Shown in pieces: positions 30,431 to 38,205 of a stretch of DNA of 41,561 nt. The notes under the pieces are model-generated. The model was given only the letters and a program-made list of their open reading frames with translations, ran no database searches and was not told the DNA's origin. How positions within the stretch are numbered: the first letter of the stretch is position 1; every line of letters starts with the position of its first letter. The stretch lies in NCBI GenBank assembly GCA_027859055.1, contig JAQIBO010000280.1, forward strand, positions 1 through 41,561, in the 5' to 3' direction. A program made the position numbers and the translations under genes. The stretch is from Spirochaeta sp. (GTDB lineage Bacteria > Spirochaetota > Spirochaetia > DSM-27196 > Alkalispirochaetaceae).

Positions 30431-30572
30431 GTAAGGCGCGCACCGCAGCCGGAGGCGAGGAGCGCGCCGAAAGTAAGGTCCGTACCGCAAACGGATCGTA
30501 CCGCAGGACGGAGTCCGAGGAACGATACGGGAAGTCCGAGGAACGATCCCGGGACGGCGAGGAACGCGCCGA
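30431..30572 (+). repeat. Degenerate tandem repeats in the tRNA spacer (21-bp period)
   Basis: CGAGGAACG at 30516, 30537 and 30558; AGTCCGAGGAACGAT exact at 30512 and 30533; CGTACCGCA twice; GTAAGG...GGCGAGGA(G/A)CGCGCCGA twice. Confidence 0.75.
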
Positions 30573-30617
30573 CTCGATAGTATGTTGCACTGCGATGCGA
30601 TAAGGTGAATCTAATTT

Positions 30618-30707
<90 letters not shown>

Positions 30708-30777
30708 GAGTGTGTGGACGGTAGCTCGTCCGGGTATTTCATCTGGCACTACGCCGGGTAGAAGTACGACATTTCAT

Positions 30778-30851
30778 GTGCCTATAGCTCAGTTGGATAG
30801 AGCGTTAGATTGCGGATCTAAAGGTCGGTGGTTCGAGTCCACTTAGGCACG
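30778..30851 (+). tRNA. tRNA-Arg(GCG)
   Basis: GTGCCTA/TAGGCAC acceptor, anticodon arm TTAGA-TTGCGGA-TCTAA, GGTTCGAGTCC T arm. Confidence 0.94.
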
Positions 30852-30855
30852 GTTG

Positions 30856-30893
30856 AGGCCGGAGGTTATGGAAACATAGCTTCCGGCTTTTTT
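30856..30893 (+). terminator. Intrinsic terminator after tRNA-Arg
   Basis: AGGCCGGAGGTTATG-GAAA-CATAGCTTCCGGCTT plus T run. Confidence 0.85.
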
Positions 30894-31090
30894 GATGGGC
30901 TACCGGTAACGACGCATCGGCACCGATGATTCGCGTTGCGAGTATTTAGATTTTAAACAATGACTGAGTAAATTACCTTACCACAACCACCCCCTTTTAT
31001 TATTTTTCGAATTGGGGTTATTCAACATGTTTGTATAAACGTGTTGACAACGGCGCCCAGTCGTTCCAAGATTGCAATCAGGAGGATTCT

Positions 31091-31387
31091 ATGAGCCGAG
31101 TGTTAAAAGTATCAGTTCTGTTTGTCGTAATCGCCTTGTTCCTTGCCGGCTGTGTGACCAATGAGCACATCGTTGGTGATGGACCACAGGGAAGCACTAC
31201 TGTGGAAGCACAGCAGTGGTACGTTCTGTGGGGTCTAGTTCCGTTGAATGACGTGGATACCTACGCCATGGCCGATGGCTCCGAAGACTATCTGATTACC
31301 ACGGAGCAGGACGTGTTGGACGTCGTCATTAACATATTTACCAACGTTGCCACCGTTCAGACCCGTTCGGTGAATGTTACTAAGTAG
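31091..31387 (+). CDS. Bor/Iss-like small lipoprotein
   Basis: GGAGG RBS; lipobox LAGC; H.VG.G...QWYVLWGLVPL...D..I...T.....RSV.V.K pattern of Bor-family proteins; TTGACA at 31044. Confidence 0.75.
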   Translation: MSRVLKVSVLFVVIALFLAGCVTNEHIVGDGPQGSTTVEAQQWYVLWGLVPLNDVDTYAMADGSEDYLITTEQDVLDVVINIFTNVATVQTRSVNVTK

Positions 31388-31405
31388 TTAATGTTCATTC
31401 TTTGC

Positions 31406-31447
31406 AAAAAAAAGGCCGTCCCCTCGGGGATGGCCTTTGTTTTTTTT
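31406..31447 (+). terminator. Bidirectional terminator-like hairpin after the Bor-like gene
   Basis: A8-GGCCGTCCCC-TC-GGGGATGGCC-TTTGT8. Confidence 0.8.
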
Positions 31448-31453
31448 CCTCTC

Positions 31454-31981
31454 ATGATAGGAGCCCTCTTTCTTTTGTCCGGTTGTGGTGGGGGCAACGA
31501 GGTCGCTACAAGCGGGGCGGACCAAGCGGCAAACCTTCGTTTTCGTGTTGATGAAGACCTGGTGGGGCCGGCGGAGACCGTTCCGGAACTGGGCGTTTCG
31601 ATTCGTCCGCCTCTGGATTGGGAAGTCCAGGATAACCCCGTTCAGGAAGGCCTTCCCATTGACGTCCTGAACCTGTATGTCGGTGAAGGTCCGTCATATC
31701 TACTGATTGGCGTGTTACAGTCTCAGGATTCGGCCGAAGATACCGCACCTTCCCTCGTGGCATCAGAAGACGATGAGCTTACCAGTTTCGTCCACAATGG
31801 AATACTCTTTCACCAGATCCGAAGGGTTTCCTCCGAACATGTCAGTTTTTCCGTCCTTTTCGATGCGCCTGTCGAAGACCCCGACGGACCGGGAATTCTG
31901 CAGTTTGTCATACCAACGGGGGATGCAGAAGAAAAGGCCCGAATGGTTGAGTCTTCCCTGGGTAGTCTGGAATCACAATAG
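31454..31981 (+). CDS. Hypothetical acidic lipoprotein
   Basis: Lipobox LSGC-GGG. Start uncertain: ATG 31391 or ATG 31454. Confidence 0.65.
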   Translation: MIGALFLLSGCGGGNEVATSGADQAANLRFRVDEDLVGPAETVPELGVSIRPPLDWEVQDNPVQEGLPIDVLNLYVGEGPSYLLIGVLQSQDSAEDTAPSLVASEDDELTSFVHNGILFHQIRRVSSEHVSFSVLFDAPVEDPDGPGILQFVIPTGDAEEKARMVESSLGSLESQ

Positions 31982-32015
31982 GTTGTCAATTCTCGGCTCA
32001 GTTTCCCCTGAAATA

Positions 32016-32082
32016 TGATGCGATAAGAGCGCACCCGGACCGTCCGGATCGCCACCCTCACCCGAATCCTCTACTGATCGTC
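32016..32082 (+). pseudogene. Internally deleted duplicate of the 3' end of the 32515-33015 lipoprotein gene
   Basis: 32016-32046 is identical to 32889-32919 (31/31). 32044-32082 matches 32982-33020 (38/39), including the stop codon. Confidence 0.85.
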
Positions 32083-32140
32083 CTTGACACCGGAGACAGA
32101 TGTACCCATCCTGTAAGTAGCAAAACCAATAGGAGGGTTT

Positions 32141-32425
32141 ATGAAAGTTTCCAAAATTTTGGTCCTTGTTGTTCTGGCGGTGATGACTCTGAGTCTTACC
32201 GGTTGTTTCACCCTTGATGCACCTGTCAACGCGACATCCAATCCCGTTGGGTCGAAAGTCGGTGAGTCCAGTGGCTCGTTGATTTTAATGATCGGTGATG
32301 TCGACGCGAGCATCCGTCAGGCTGCTTCCAACGCAGGTATCTCCGAGATTTCCACGGTTGATTTTGAGATTCAAAACATCCTCAACGTGTACCACAAGTT
32401 CACCACTACCGTTACCGGCGAATGA
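32141..32425 (+). CDS. TRL-like family lipoprotein
   Basis: GGAGG RBS; lipobox LTGC; GSKVGE, DASIRQAASNAGISEISTVD and T.VTGE C-terminus typical of the TRL-like family. Confidence 0.8.
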   Translation: MKVSKILVLVVLAVMTLSLTGCFTLDAPVNATSNPVGSKVGESSGSLILMIGDVDASIRQAASNAGISEISTVDFEIQNILNVYHKFTTTVTGE

Positions 32426-32446
32426 TCGGTTCCTTTCGTGGAACAG

Positions 32447-32482
32447 ACCGGACCCGACGATCTCGTCGGGCCGGTTTTTTTT
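32447..32482 (+). terminator. Intrinsic terminator after the TRL-like gene
   Basis: ACCGG-A-CCCGACGA-TC-TCGTCGGG-CCGG followed by T8. Confidence 0.8.
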
Positions 32483-32514
32483 ACGCCAACACCGGCGGCG
32501 CACGCTTCTTACCG

Positions 32515-33015
32515 GTGGCGCAGACCCGAGCCCGCGGCGTTCTTCGACTTCTTGTGTACCTCCTGCTGCTCGTTCTTTTTCTCGGTTCGTGTTCCTCCGG
32601 CCCGGACCCGATCGCGTCATTTGTGACCGCCGACGGTCCACAGTATTTTCTGCGACCTATCACGTTCCGCGGAACCGCATCCAGTGTTCCGGTGGATATG
32701 ACGATCGTCGCAGAAAAAACCGACCGTCCGGTTCAGGTAAACTTCACCCTTCCCCTGGAGATTGCCGCGGGACTCGCGGAAGCGACTTTCATCTCCGGCG
32801 ATGGGGAGTATCCCCTCTCACAACTAAGTCGATACTACGCAACGGTTGATGACGCCCGGTACGGTGGTAGCCTGGAGCGAGAGCATTTTGATGCGATAAG
32901 AGCGCACCCGGACCGTCCGCTATTGGTTGTGACCTCAGCGAGTGGAACCCATACCTTCACGGCACCAGCTGTCTGGACCGACCGGATCGCCACCCTCAAC
33001 CGAATCCTCTACTGA
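32515..33015 (+). CDS. Hypothetical lipoprotein
   Basis: Hydrophobic stretch LLVYLLLLVLFLGS-C (lipobox). Start uncertain: GTG 32515 or ATG 32422. Confidence 0.6.
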   Translation: MAQTRARGVLRLLVYLLLLVLFLGSCSSGPDPIASFVTADGPQYFLRPITFRGTASSVPVDMTIVAEKTDRPVQVNFTLPLEIAAGLAEATFISGDGEYPLSQLSRYYATVDDARYGGSLEREHFDAIRAHPDRPLLVVTSASGTHTFTAPAVWTDRIATLNRILY

Positions 33016-33071
33016 TCGTCTATTGATACGCCCCGTCGAATCGCGTTAGTATCGCCACCACATTCGTATCT

Positions 33072-33159
33072 GGAGAGGTGCGAGAGTGGTTGAATCGGGC
33101 AGACTCGAAATCTGTTGTACGGCTCGTCCGTACCGTGGGTTCGAATCCCACCCTCTCCG
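33072..33159 (+). tRNA. tRNA-Ser(CGA)
   Basis: GGAGAGG/CCTCTCC acceptor, loop CT-CGA-AA, long variable arm; upstream TTGATA-N18-TAGTAT. Confidence 0.96.
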
Positions 33160-33216
33160 TGAAACGAAACGGTACGCATATGAGCATGAAGCCCGACGGT
33201 GGGCATCTCATGTCCT

Positions 33217-33304
33217 GGAGAGATGACCGAGTGGCCGAAGGTGAACGCTTGGAAAGCGTTTGTACCCTAACCGGGTACCGGGGGTTCGAATCCCCCTCTC
33301 TCCG
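33217..33304 (+). tRNA. tRNA-Ser(GGA)
   Basis: GGAGAGA/TCTCTCC acceptor, arm AACGC-TTGGAAA-GCGTT, long variable arm. Confidence 0.96.
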
Positions 33305-33328
33305 TTTTTTGCCCCTTCGGTGTTGAAA

Positions 33329-33422
33329 CCTGGGCCCTGTGCAAGTCGTCGTCGCCCAACCCCGTCAGGTCCGGAAGGAAGCAGCGGTAAGCGATCGTCG
33401 CCTGTGCCGCAGATCGCTTGGG
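33329..33422 (+). ncRNA. ffs: Small signal recognition particle RNA (4.5S); ends approximate
   Basis: Domain IV signature CCGTCAGGTCCGGAAGGAAGCAGCGG; directly upstream of dnaX; enclosed by an outer stem CCCCTTCGG/CTGAAGGGG plus T run. Confidence 0.93.
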
Positions 33423-33486
33423 TGGAGCTGAAGGGGTTTTTTGTGCACCGGCACCAAAGCAGGCCGGCGGCGCGCGGGAGGAGTGA

Positions 33487-35202
33487 ATGAACTATGAAGT
33501 AACGGCGACGCGTCGCCGCCCTCGAACGTTTGACGAGCTCGTAGGTCAGGAGTTTGTCGTTGCCACCCTCAAGAACAGTCTCTCTTCCGGGCGTATCGCC
33601 CACGCGTATCTGTTTTCCGGCCCCCGCGGGGTGGGAAAAACCAGCGCCGCCCGGATTCTGGCCAAGGCGTTGAACTGTCCCGACGGACCAAATGCCGACG
33701 GGTGCGAAGAGTGGGACGGGAGCGAGGAGATCGCCCGCGGCACCGCCCTCGACGTTATCGAGATCGACGGTGCTTCCAATACGAGTGTCAACGACGTTCG
33801 CGAGATAAAGGACGAGGTGCTGTTCGCACCCAATTCGTCTCGCTACAAGATCTATATAATCGACGAGGTTCACATGCTCTCCAACAGCGCCTTTAACGCC
33901 CTGTTGAAGACGATTGAAGAACCGCCGCCGTATATCATCTTCATTTTCGCGACGACCGAGATTCACAAGGTTCCCGCGACGATTCGCAGTCGTTGCCAAC
34001 AGTTCAACTTTCGCCTGATACCGATGGAGGAGATCCGCTCCATGCTGGCGGCGGTTGCCTCCGATCTCGGAATTGCCGCTGACGAAGACGCCCTTTCCTG
34101 GATCGCCCGGGAGGCCACCGGCAGCCTTCGCGACGCGTATACGCTCTTTGACCAGGTGGTCGCCTTTTCCCACGAAGAGATCCGTCTGGACACGATTCAC
34201 GAAAAACTGGGCCTTCTCGGCCTTGAGCGGTTGAATTCACTGATGGAAGCGGTTGTTGCCGGTCGCGGAGACGAAGCGCTGGAAATAGTGGACGGCGCGA
34301 TTCAGTCGGGTGTCCCGGTTGAGCGCTTCACGATCGACCTTGCCGACTACCTGCGAACGCTGCTGCTGGCGGCCAACGGAATTGACCGCGAGGCGATTCT
34401 TGGAATGAATCCCGCCCGCCTTCCGGACCAGGTCCGGTCCGGTCTGAACCGGTACCAACTGGAACAGGCCAACGAGATCGTTCTGCAACTTTACCGCGAT
34501 CTCCGGTATTCGATTAACCAGCGCTTTGATCTGGAGCTTGCGATCAGTCGCCTGGTGTCGCTGTCGGGGACGGTTGCTCCCCAGGCGTTGGTCAAGGAGA
34601 TTCGCGACCTCCAGGAAGAACTCCTGCACGATGCGGCACACCGTAGCCGGGACAATGGGGACGGAGATGCGCATACCGGAGATGCTACCGGATCGGTTCA
34701 GTCGGCTGTCGCGGCCCCGGCCGGGGCGGAGGTGAGCCCCACGTCTGCGGCCGGCGAAACAGACGTGGCCCCGGCCAACGGGAGCGAAAACGAGACCGAG
34801 GACGAACCGGTTAATTTTGATGAACCGCCACGCACCGACGGTATTTCATTTGAACAGATCCAGGCGATCGCCGGGCGGTTTCGGACACAGCGGATCAGCG
34901 TGGCGGCACTCCTGGCACGCGCGCGGTACTGGCGTCTGGACACGGAGACGCTGGTGATCGCCTTTGCCGACGATTTCGGCGCCTCGGCATTGACGCCGGA
35001 TCGCGAAGCGGTGCAACAGGCAGCGATCGCTGAACTTGGTGTGAATACGCTCTCAATCAGGATCGTGACGCTGGATGAGGTTGATGACGTCGAAGCGGCT
35101 GGAACAAATATCACGCGCGACGAGGCGACCACCGCCGCCGATGCGCACACCGAGATGGTCAGAAAAGTGTTCCGTGGCGAAATTGTGGAGGGGGAAGTAT
35201 GA
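33487..35202 (+). CDS. dnaX: DNA polymerase III subunit gamma/tau
   Basis: RPRTFDELVGQE, SGPRGVGKTS, EIDGASN, IIDEVHMLS, TIRSRCQ, GSLRDA. Confidence 0.96.
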   Translation: MNYEVTATRRRPRTFDELVGQEFVVATLKNSLSSGRIAHAYLFSGPRGVGKTSAARILAKALNCPDGPNADGCEEWDGSEEIARGTALDVIEIDGASNTSVNDVREIKDEVLFAPNSSRYKIYIIDEVHMLSNSAFNALLKTIEEPPPYIIFIFATTEIHKVPATIRSRCQQFNFRLIPMEEIRSMLAAVASDLGIAADEDALSWIAREATGSLRDAYTLFDQVVAFSHEEIRLDTIHEKLGLLGLERLNSLMEAVVAGRGDEALEIVDGAIQSGVPVERFTIDLADYLRTLLLAANGIDREAILGMNPARLPDQVRSGLNRYQLEQANEIVLQLYRDLRYSINQRFDLELAISRLVSLSGTVAPQALVKEIRDLQEELLHDAAHRSRDNGDGDAHTGDATGSVQSAVAAPAGAEVSPTSAAGETDVAPANGSENETEDEPVNFDEPPRTDGISFEQIQAIAGRFRTQRISVAALLARARYWRLDTETLVIAFADDFGASALTPDREAVQQAAIAELGVNTLSIRIVTLDEVDDVEAAGTNITRDEATTAADAHTEMVRKVFRGEIVEGEV

Positions 35203-35519
35203 ATCCGATGGATATGCTGAAGAATATGGGCCAACTGCAGGAGACGATGCAGGAGGCGCAGAAGAAGCTCAAGGAGACGCGGGTAACCGGCTCCGCCGGC
35301 GCGGATATGGTGCGCATTGAGATGAACGGTGAATTCACCGTTCTTAACGTCGAAATCGCGCCGGAGGTGATCGATCCCGAGGACCGCGAGATGCTCCAGG
35401 ACCTGTTCCGTGCCGCGCATAACGACGCTTCGGCAAAGGTTCGCGCGGCGCTTCAGGAGAATCTGTCGTCACTGACCGGCGGTCTGCCGATACCCCCGGG
35501 GATGTTTGGCGGCGCGTGA
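35199..35519 (+). CDS. ebfC: YbaB/EbfC nucleoid-associated protein
   Basis: VTGSAGADMV, DPEDREMLQDL; sits between dnaX and recR. Confidence 0.9.
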   Translation: MNPMDMLKNMGQLQETMQEAQKKLKETRVTGSAGADMVRIEMNGEFTVLNVEIAPEVIDPEDREMLQDLFRAAHNDASAKVRAALQENLSSLTGGLPIPPGMFGGA

Positions 35520-35529
35520 TCGATATTCC

Positions 35530-36126
35530 ATGGCGCTAAACACCCTTGAACAACTGATCCAGTCGATCTCTCGCCTCCCCGGGTTGGGAAAAAAGAGCGC
35601 CACCCGGATCGCCTACGCCCTGTTGGCCGGTGATCAGGGAGACGCACAGCGACTGGCAACGCTTATCCATACGTTGCACGACACGATTCGGCGCTGTTCT
35701 GTGTGCGGAAGTTACACTGAGACCGACCCGTGCCCGATCTGCACCGATTCCGGGCGTGATCGGGCGACGATCTGTGTTGTCGAACAACCGCAGGATGTGG
35801 CGTCTCTGGAGGCCAGCCACGAATACCACGGCCTCTACCACGTGCTTGGCGGGGTCATCGCGCCGATCGACGGGATCGGCCCCGATGATCTGGCGATCCG
35901 CCCGCTGGTTGACCGGGCGCAGCAAGATGGAATCGACGAGGTGATCATCGCAACAAACCCGACCGTGGAAGGTGATACCACTGCGCTGTTCGTGGCGCGC
36001 CAGTTGGAAGCGATCGGGGTGAACGTTTCCCGTCTGGCCCTCGGACTGCCCGTCGGGGGAGATCTCGAATATGCCGACCGTCTTACGTTGGCGCGGAGTT
36101 TTCGTGGCAGGACACCGCTGGCGTAG
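35530..36126 (+). CDS. recR: Recombination mediator RecR
   Basis: LPGLGKKSA, CSVC..CPIC zinc finger, YHVLGG, ATNPTVEGDTTA, GLPVGGDLEYAD. Confidence 0.96.
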   Translation: MALNTLEQLIQSISRLPGLGKKSATRIAYALLAGDQGDAQRLATLIHTLHDTIRRCSVCGSYTETDPCPICTDSGRDRATICVVEQPQDVASLEASHEYHGLYHVLGGVIAPIDGIGPDDLAIRPLVDRAQQDGIDEVIIATNPTVEGDTTALFVARQLEAIGVNVSRLALGLPVGGDLEYADRLTLARSFRGRTPLA

Positions 36127-36163
36127 CGGGTCCGGAACGGCTGCGGGTACGGAGGTGAACGCG

Positions 36164-36952
36164 ATGTCAAAGTACAAATGGATCGTCAGGGCGCTGGTTG
36201 CGTGGGCGATCGTTGTGACCCCGTTCTCGTCTCTGGCCGCCCAGTCGTCCGCCGCTATTCCATGGATGGACGACCCGCAGGCGGCAATCGACCGTGCGAC
36301 CCGGAAAGACAAGCCGATCGTCCTGCTTATCACCGGCGGAACGTGGTGTGATCCGTGCCGCTGGTTCCGGGAAAACACACTCAGGGATCCGTCACTGGTC
36401 TCGTTGGTGCGCAACGCGTGGGTACCCCTCCGCCTGCGGGATGTTGAGGCGGCAACCGAACGGTGGCGCGATGATATTCTGCCGACGCTGCTGTTTCTTG
36501 ATCGGTCAGGGGAAGAGGTTGCCCGTCTTGCCGGAACCGCAACGGCGGAAACGGTTCGGGCCCGGCTGGTGGAAGTGAGCCGCGAAATGGCAGGAGACTC
36601 CGGAGGAGGCTCCACCGGTGAAGATGCCGGCACCGAAGCGCGGTCCGACGCCGGGACAGACACTTCTGTCGGCACCGCCGATGCCGCCGATCTGCGCGGG
36701 GCGGTTTTCCAGGTGGCGGACGGGACGATCTGGAACGACGGTGGAGCTCTGTGGTATACCCAGAGCCTCGAACTGCCCGGTCGGTTTGAAGAGTATGACC
36801 GGGACAGCGCGTTTCTCTACCTCCGCGATCCGGCGTCGGCCACGATCCTTGCGATTACGGTGACCGATAACGAACTGGACCGACGTCTCTGGCGCTGGGA
36901 CCGCGCGGAAAACGGCTGGCAGGAAGTTGGCCCGCTGGTCCGAACGAACTGA
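36164..36952 (+). CDS. Exported thioredoxin-fold protein with an extra C-terminal domain
   Basis: GGAGG RBS; signal peptide ending SLAA; KPIVLLITGGTWCDPC (CxxC); cis-Pro loop LPTLLFLD. Confidence 0.8.
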   Translation: MSKYKWIVRALVAWAIVVTPFSSLAAQSSAAIPWMDDPQAAIDRATRKDKPIVLLITGGTWCDPCRWFRENTLRDPSLVSLVRNAWVPLRLRDVEAATERWRDDILPTLLFLDRSGEEVARLAGTATAETVRARLVEVSREMAGDSGGGSTGEDAGTEARSDAGTDTSVGTADAADLRGAVFQVADGTIWNDGGALWYTQSLELPGRFEEYDRDSAFLYLRDPASATILAITVTDNELDRRLWRWDRAENGWQEVGPLVRTN

Positions 36953-36957
36953 CCCCG

Positions 36958-37290
36958 TTATTGCTGATGTGCCACCGACGCGATGTACTCGTCAATCGCC
37001 GACCGGGCAGCCGGATCAACGCTGGTGAAGTGGAATCCCGCTTCGTAGGTTCCCTCAGCGGTTTCCGCAACGTGTACCGCCACGGCTTCCACTTTCACGC
37101 TCCGCTCGCGAATGCGAAACAGGACAAACATCGAAGAGCCGTTGTCTATCTCTTCCGACAGGAGACCGCGAAAGCCATTTCTGCTGATGTCAATACCGCG
37201 GGCGTGCACCCATCGTTCTTTGCCGAACCCCATTTCTATTAACTGTGAAATCGAAAATCGATCTTCTTTTCGGCGATTGGCGTGCTGCAT
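36958..37290 (-). CDS. Stand-alone PilZ-domain protein (c-di-GMP receptor)
   Basis: RxxxR (RKEDR) and DxSxxG (DISRNG) motifs; GFHF near the C-terminus. Confidence 0.85.
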   Translation of the reverse strand: MQHANRRKEDRFSISQLIEMGFGKERWVHARGIDISRNGFRGLLSEEIDNGSSMFVLFRIRERSVKVEAVAVHVAETAEGTYEAGFHFTSVDPAARSAIDEYIASVAHQQ

Positions 37291-37335
37291 ACCTGTACAA
37301 TACCCCGGTTTCGACGCATAAGAAACTCTTTTCGC

Positions 37336-37364
37336 TTGTCATCGCACTGAAAATGAACGATACT
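37336..37364 (+). promoter_or_regulatory. Probable promoter of the RRM gene, implying a long leader
   Basis: TTGTCA-N17-GATACT. Confidence 0.5.
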
Positions 37365-37546
37365 GACAGCGGTGCGCTTGAAACGCTTTCGGATGGATAG
37401 AACCCCCCGACGATTCACGACGGACCGATATTAGAAGTTCAGGGGTTGATAGCTACCCCGGCGTGCCTCAGACGCTGTTCCGTCGTGTGTGTATGTTCCG
37501 GAAAAAACCCGCTGTCGAGCCCCGGCGATCCAAGGAGGAAGGATCA

Positions 37547-37918
37547 ATGGCTAAAACGCTCTATGTGGGCAATTTGAGCTTTCAAACGGAAGAAGAAGGA
37601 CTGCGAGCAGCATTCTCAGAATTCGGTAATGTTACCGATACGCGGATCGTAATGGACCGTGATACAGGCCGCAGTCGAGGATTTGGATTTGTTGAAATGG
37701 AAGATGATCAAGCGGCGGAGTCCGCAATTGAACGTATGAACGGTGCCGATCTTGACGGTCGTCCCCTTCGCGTCAACGAAGCGCAACCGCGGAACGAAGG
37801 CGGTCGGAGTGGAGGCGGCGGCGGTGGCCGCGGTGGAAATGGCGGTGGCCGTGGCGGATACGGCGGCGGTCGCGGAGGTCAGCGTGACGGTGGTCACGGT
37901 GACTTCGGGGCGTACTGA
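37547..37918 (+). CDS. RRM RNA-binding protein with a Gly/Arg-rich tail
   Basis: RNP2 LYVGNL, RNP1 RGFGFVEM, RGG tail; AAGGAGG upstream of ATG 37547. Confidence 0.95.
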   Translation: MAKTLYVGNLSFQTEEEGLRAAFSEFGNVTDTRIVMDRDTGRSRGFGFVEMEDDQAAESAIERMNGADLDGRPLRVNEAQPRNEGGRSGGGGGGRGGNGGGRGGYGGGRGGQRDGGHGDFGAY

Positions 37919-37923
37919 ACCGA

Positions 37924-38169
37924 ATGGCGCGAAATAACTATAGCGGAGAGAAACGTCGTCGCGAGCTGAACAAGAAAAAGAAAAAAGAGCGCAAGCTTCG
38001 GGAGCGCGCTGAACGTGCACCTGACGGGACCGAGGAAGACACCTCGTATCTTGAGTATCTCAATCCCGGCGGACCGCAGGATCGAAGTCTGGTGGAAGAG
38101 GAAACGGACGAAGAGTCGGAAGACGGCTCCACCGAATCGGACGCCAGAAACGACAGACCCGGCGAATAA
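37924..38169 (+). CDS. Small hypothetical protein, basic N-terminus and acidic C-terminus
   Basis: ATG 5 nt after the RRM stop; followed by a terminator; MARNNYSGEKRRRELNKKKKKERK. Confidence 0.7.
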   Translation: MARNNYSGEKRRRELNKKKKKERKLRERAERAPDGTEEDTSYLEYLNPGGPQDRSLVEEETDEESEDGSTESDARNDRPGE

Positions 38170-38205
38170 GTACGCCCGAACAGACCACGTAAACACACAA
38201 ATGAT

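Noticed and set aside
30431-30572. Possible mini-CRISPR or 7-aa-repeat peptide (ORF 30406-30603)
   Set aside because: Repeats are short, degenerate and lack unique spacers; no cas genes; the ORF starts inside a tRNA without an RBS
31018-31038. DnaA-box-like sequences in the AT-rich stretch before the Bor-like gene
   Set aside because: Isolated mismatched matches expected by chance in AT-rich DNA
32429-32445. Third parS (GTTCC-TTT-CGTGGAACA)
   Set aside because: Only one half-site matches and the spacing is wrong
34640-34840. dnaX programmed frameshift or slippage site
   Set aside because: No AAAAAAG or long A-run in the linker region; the frame is continuous
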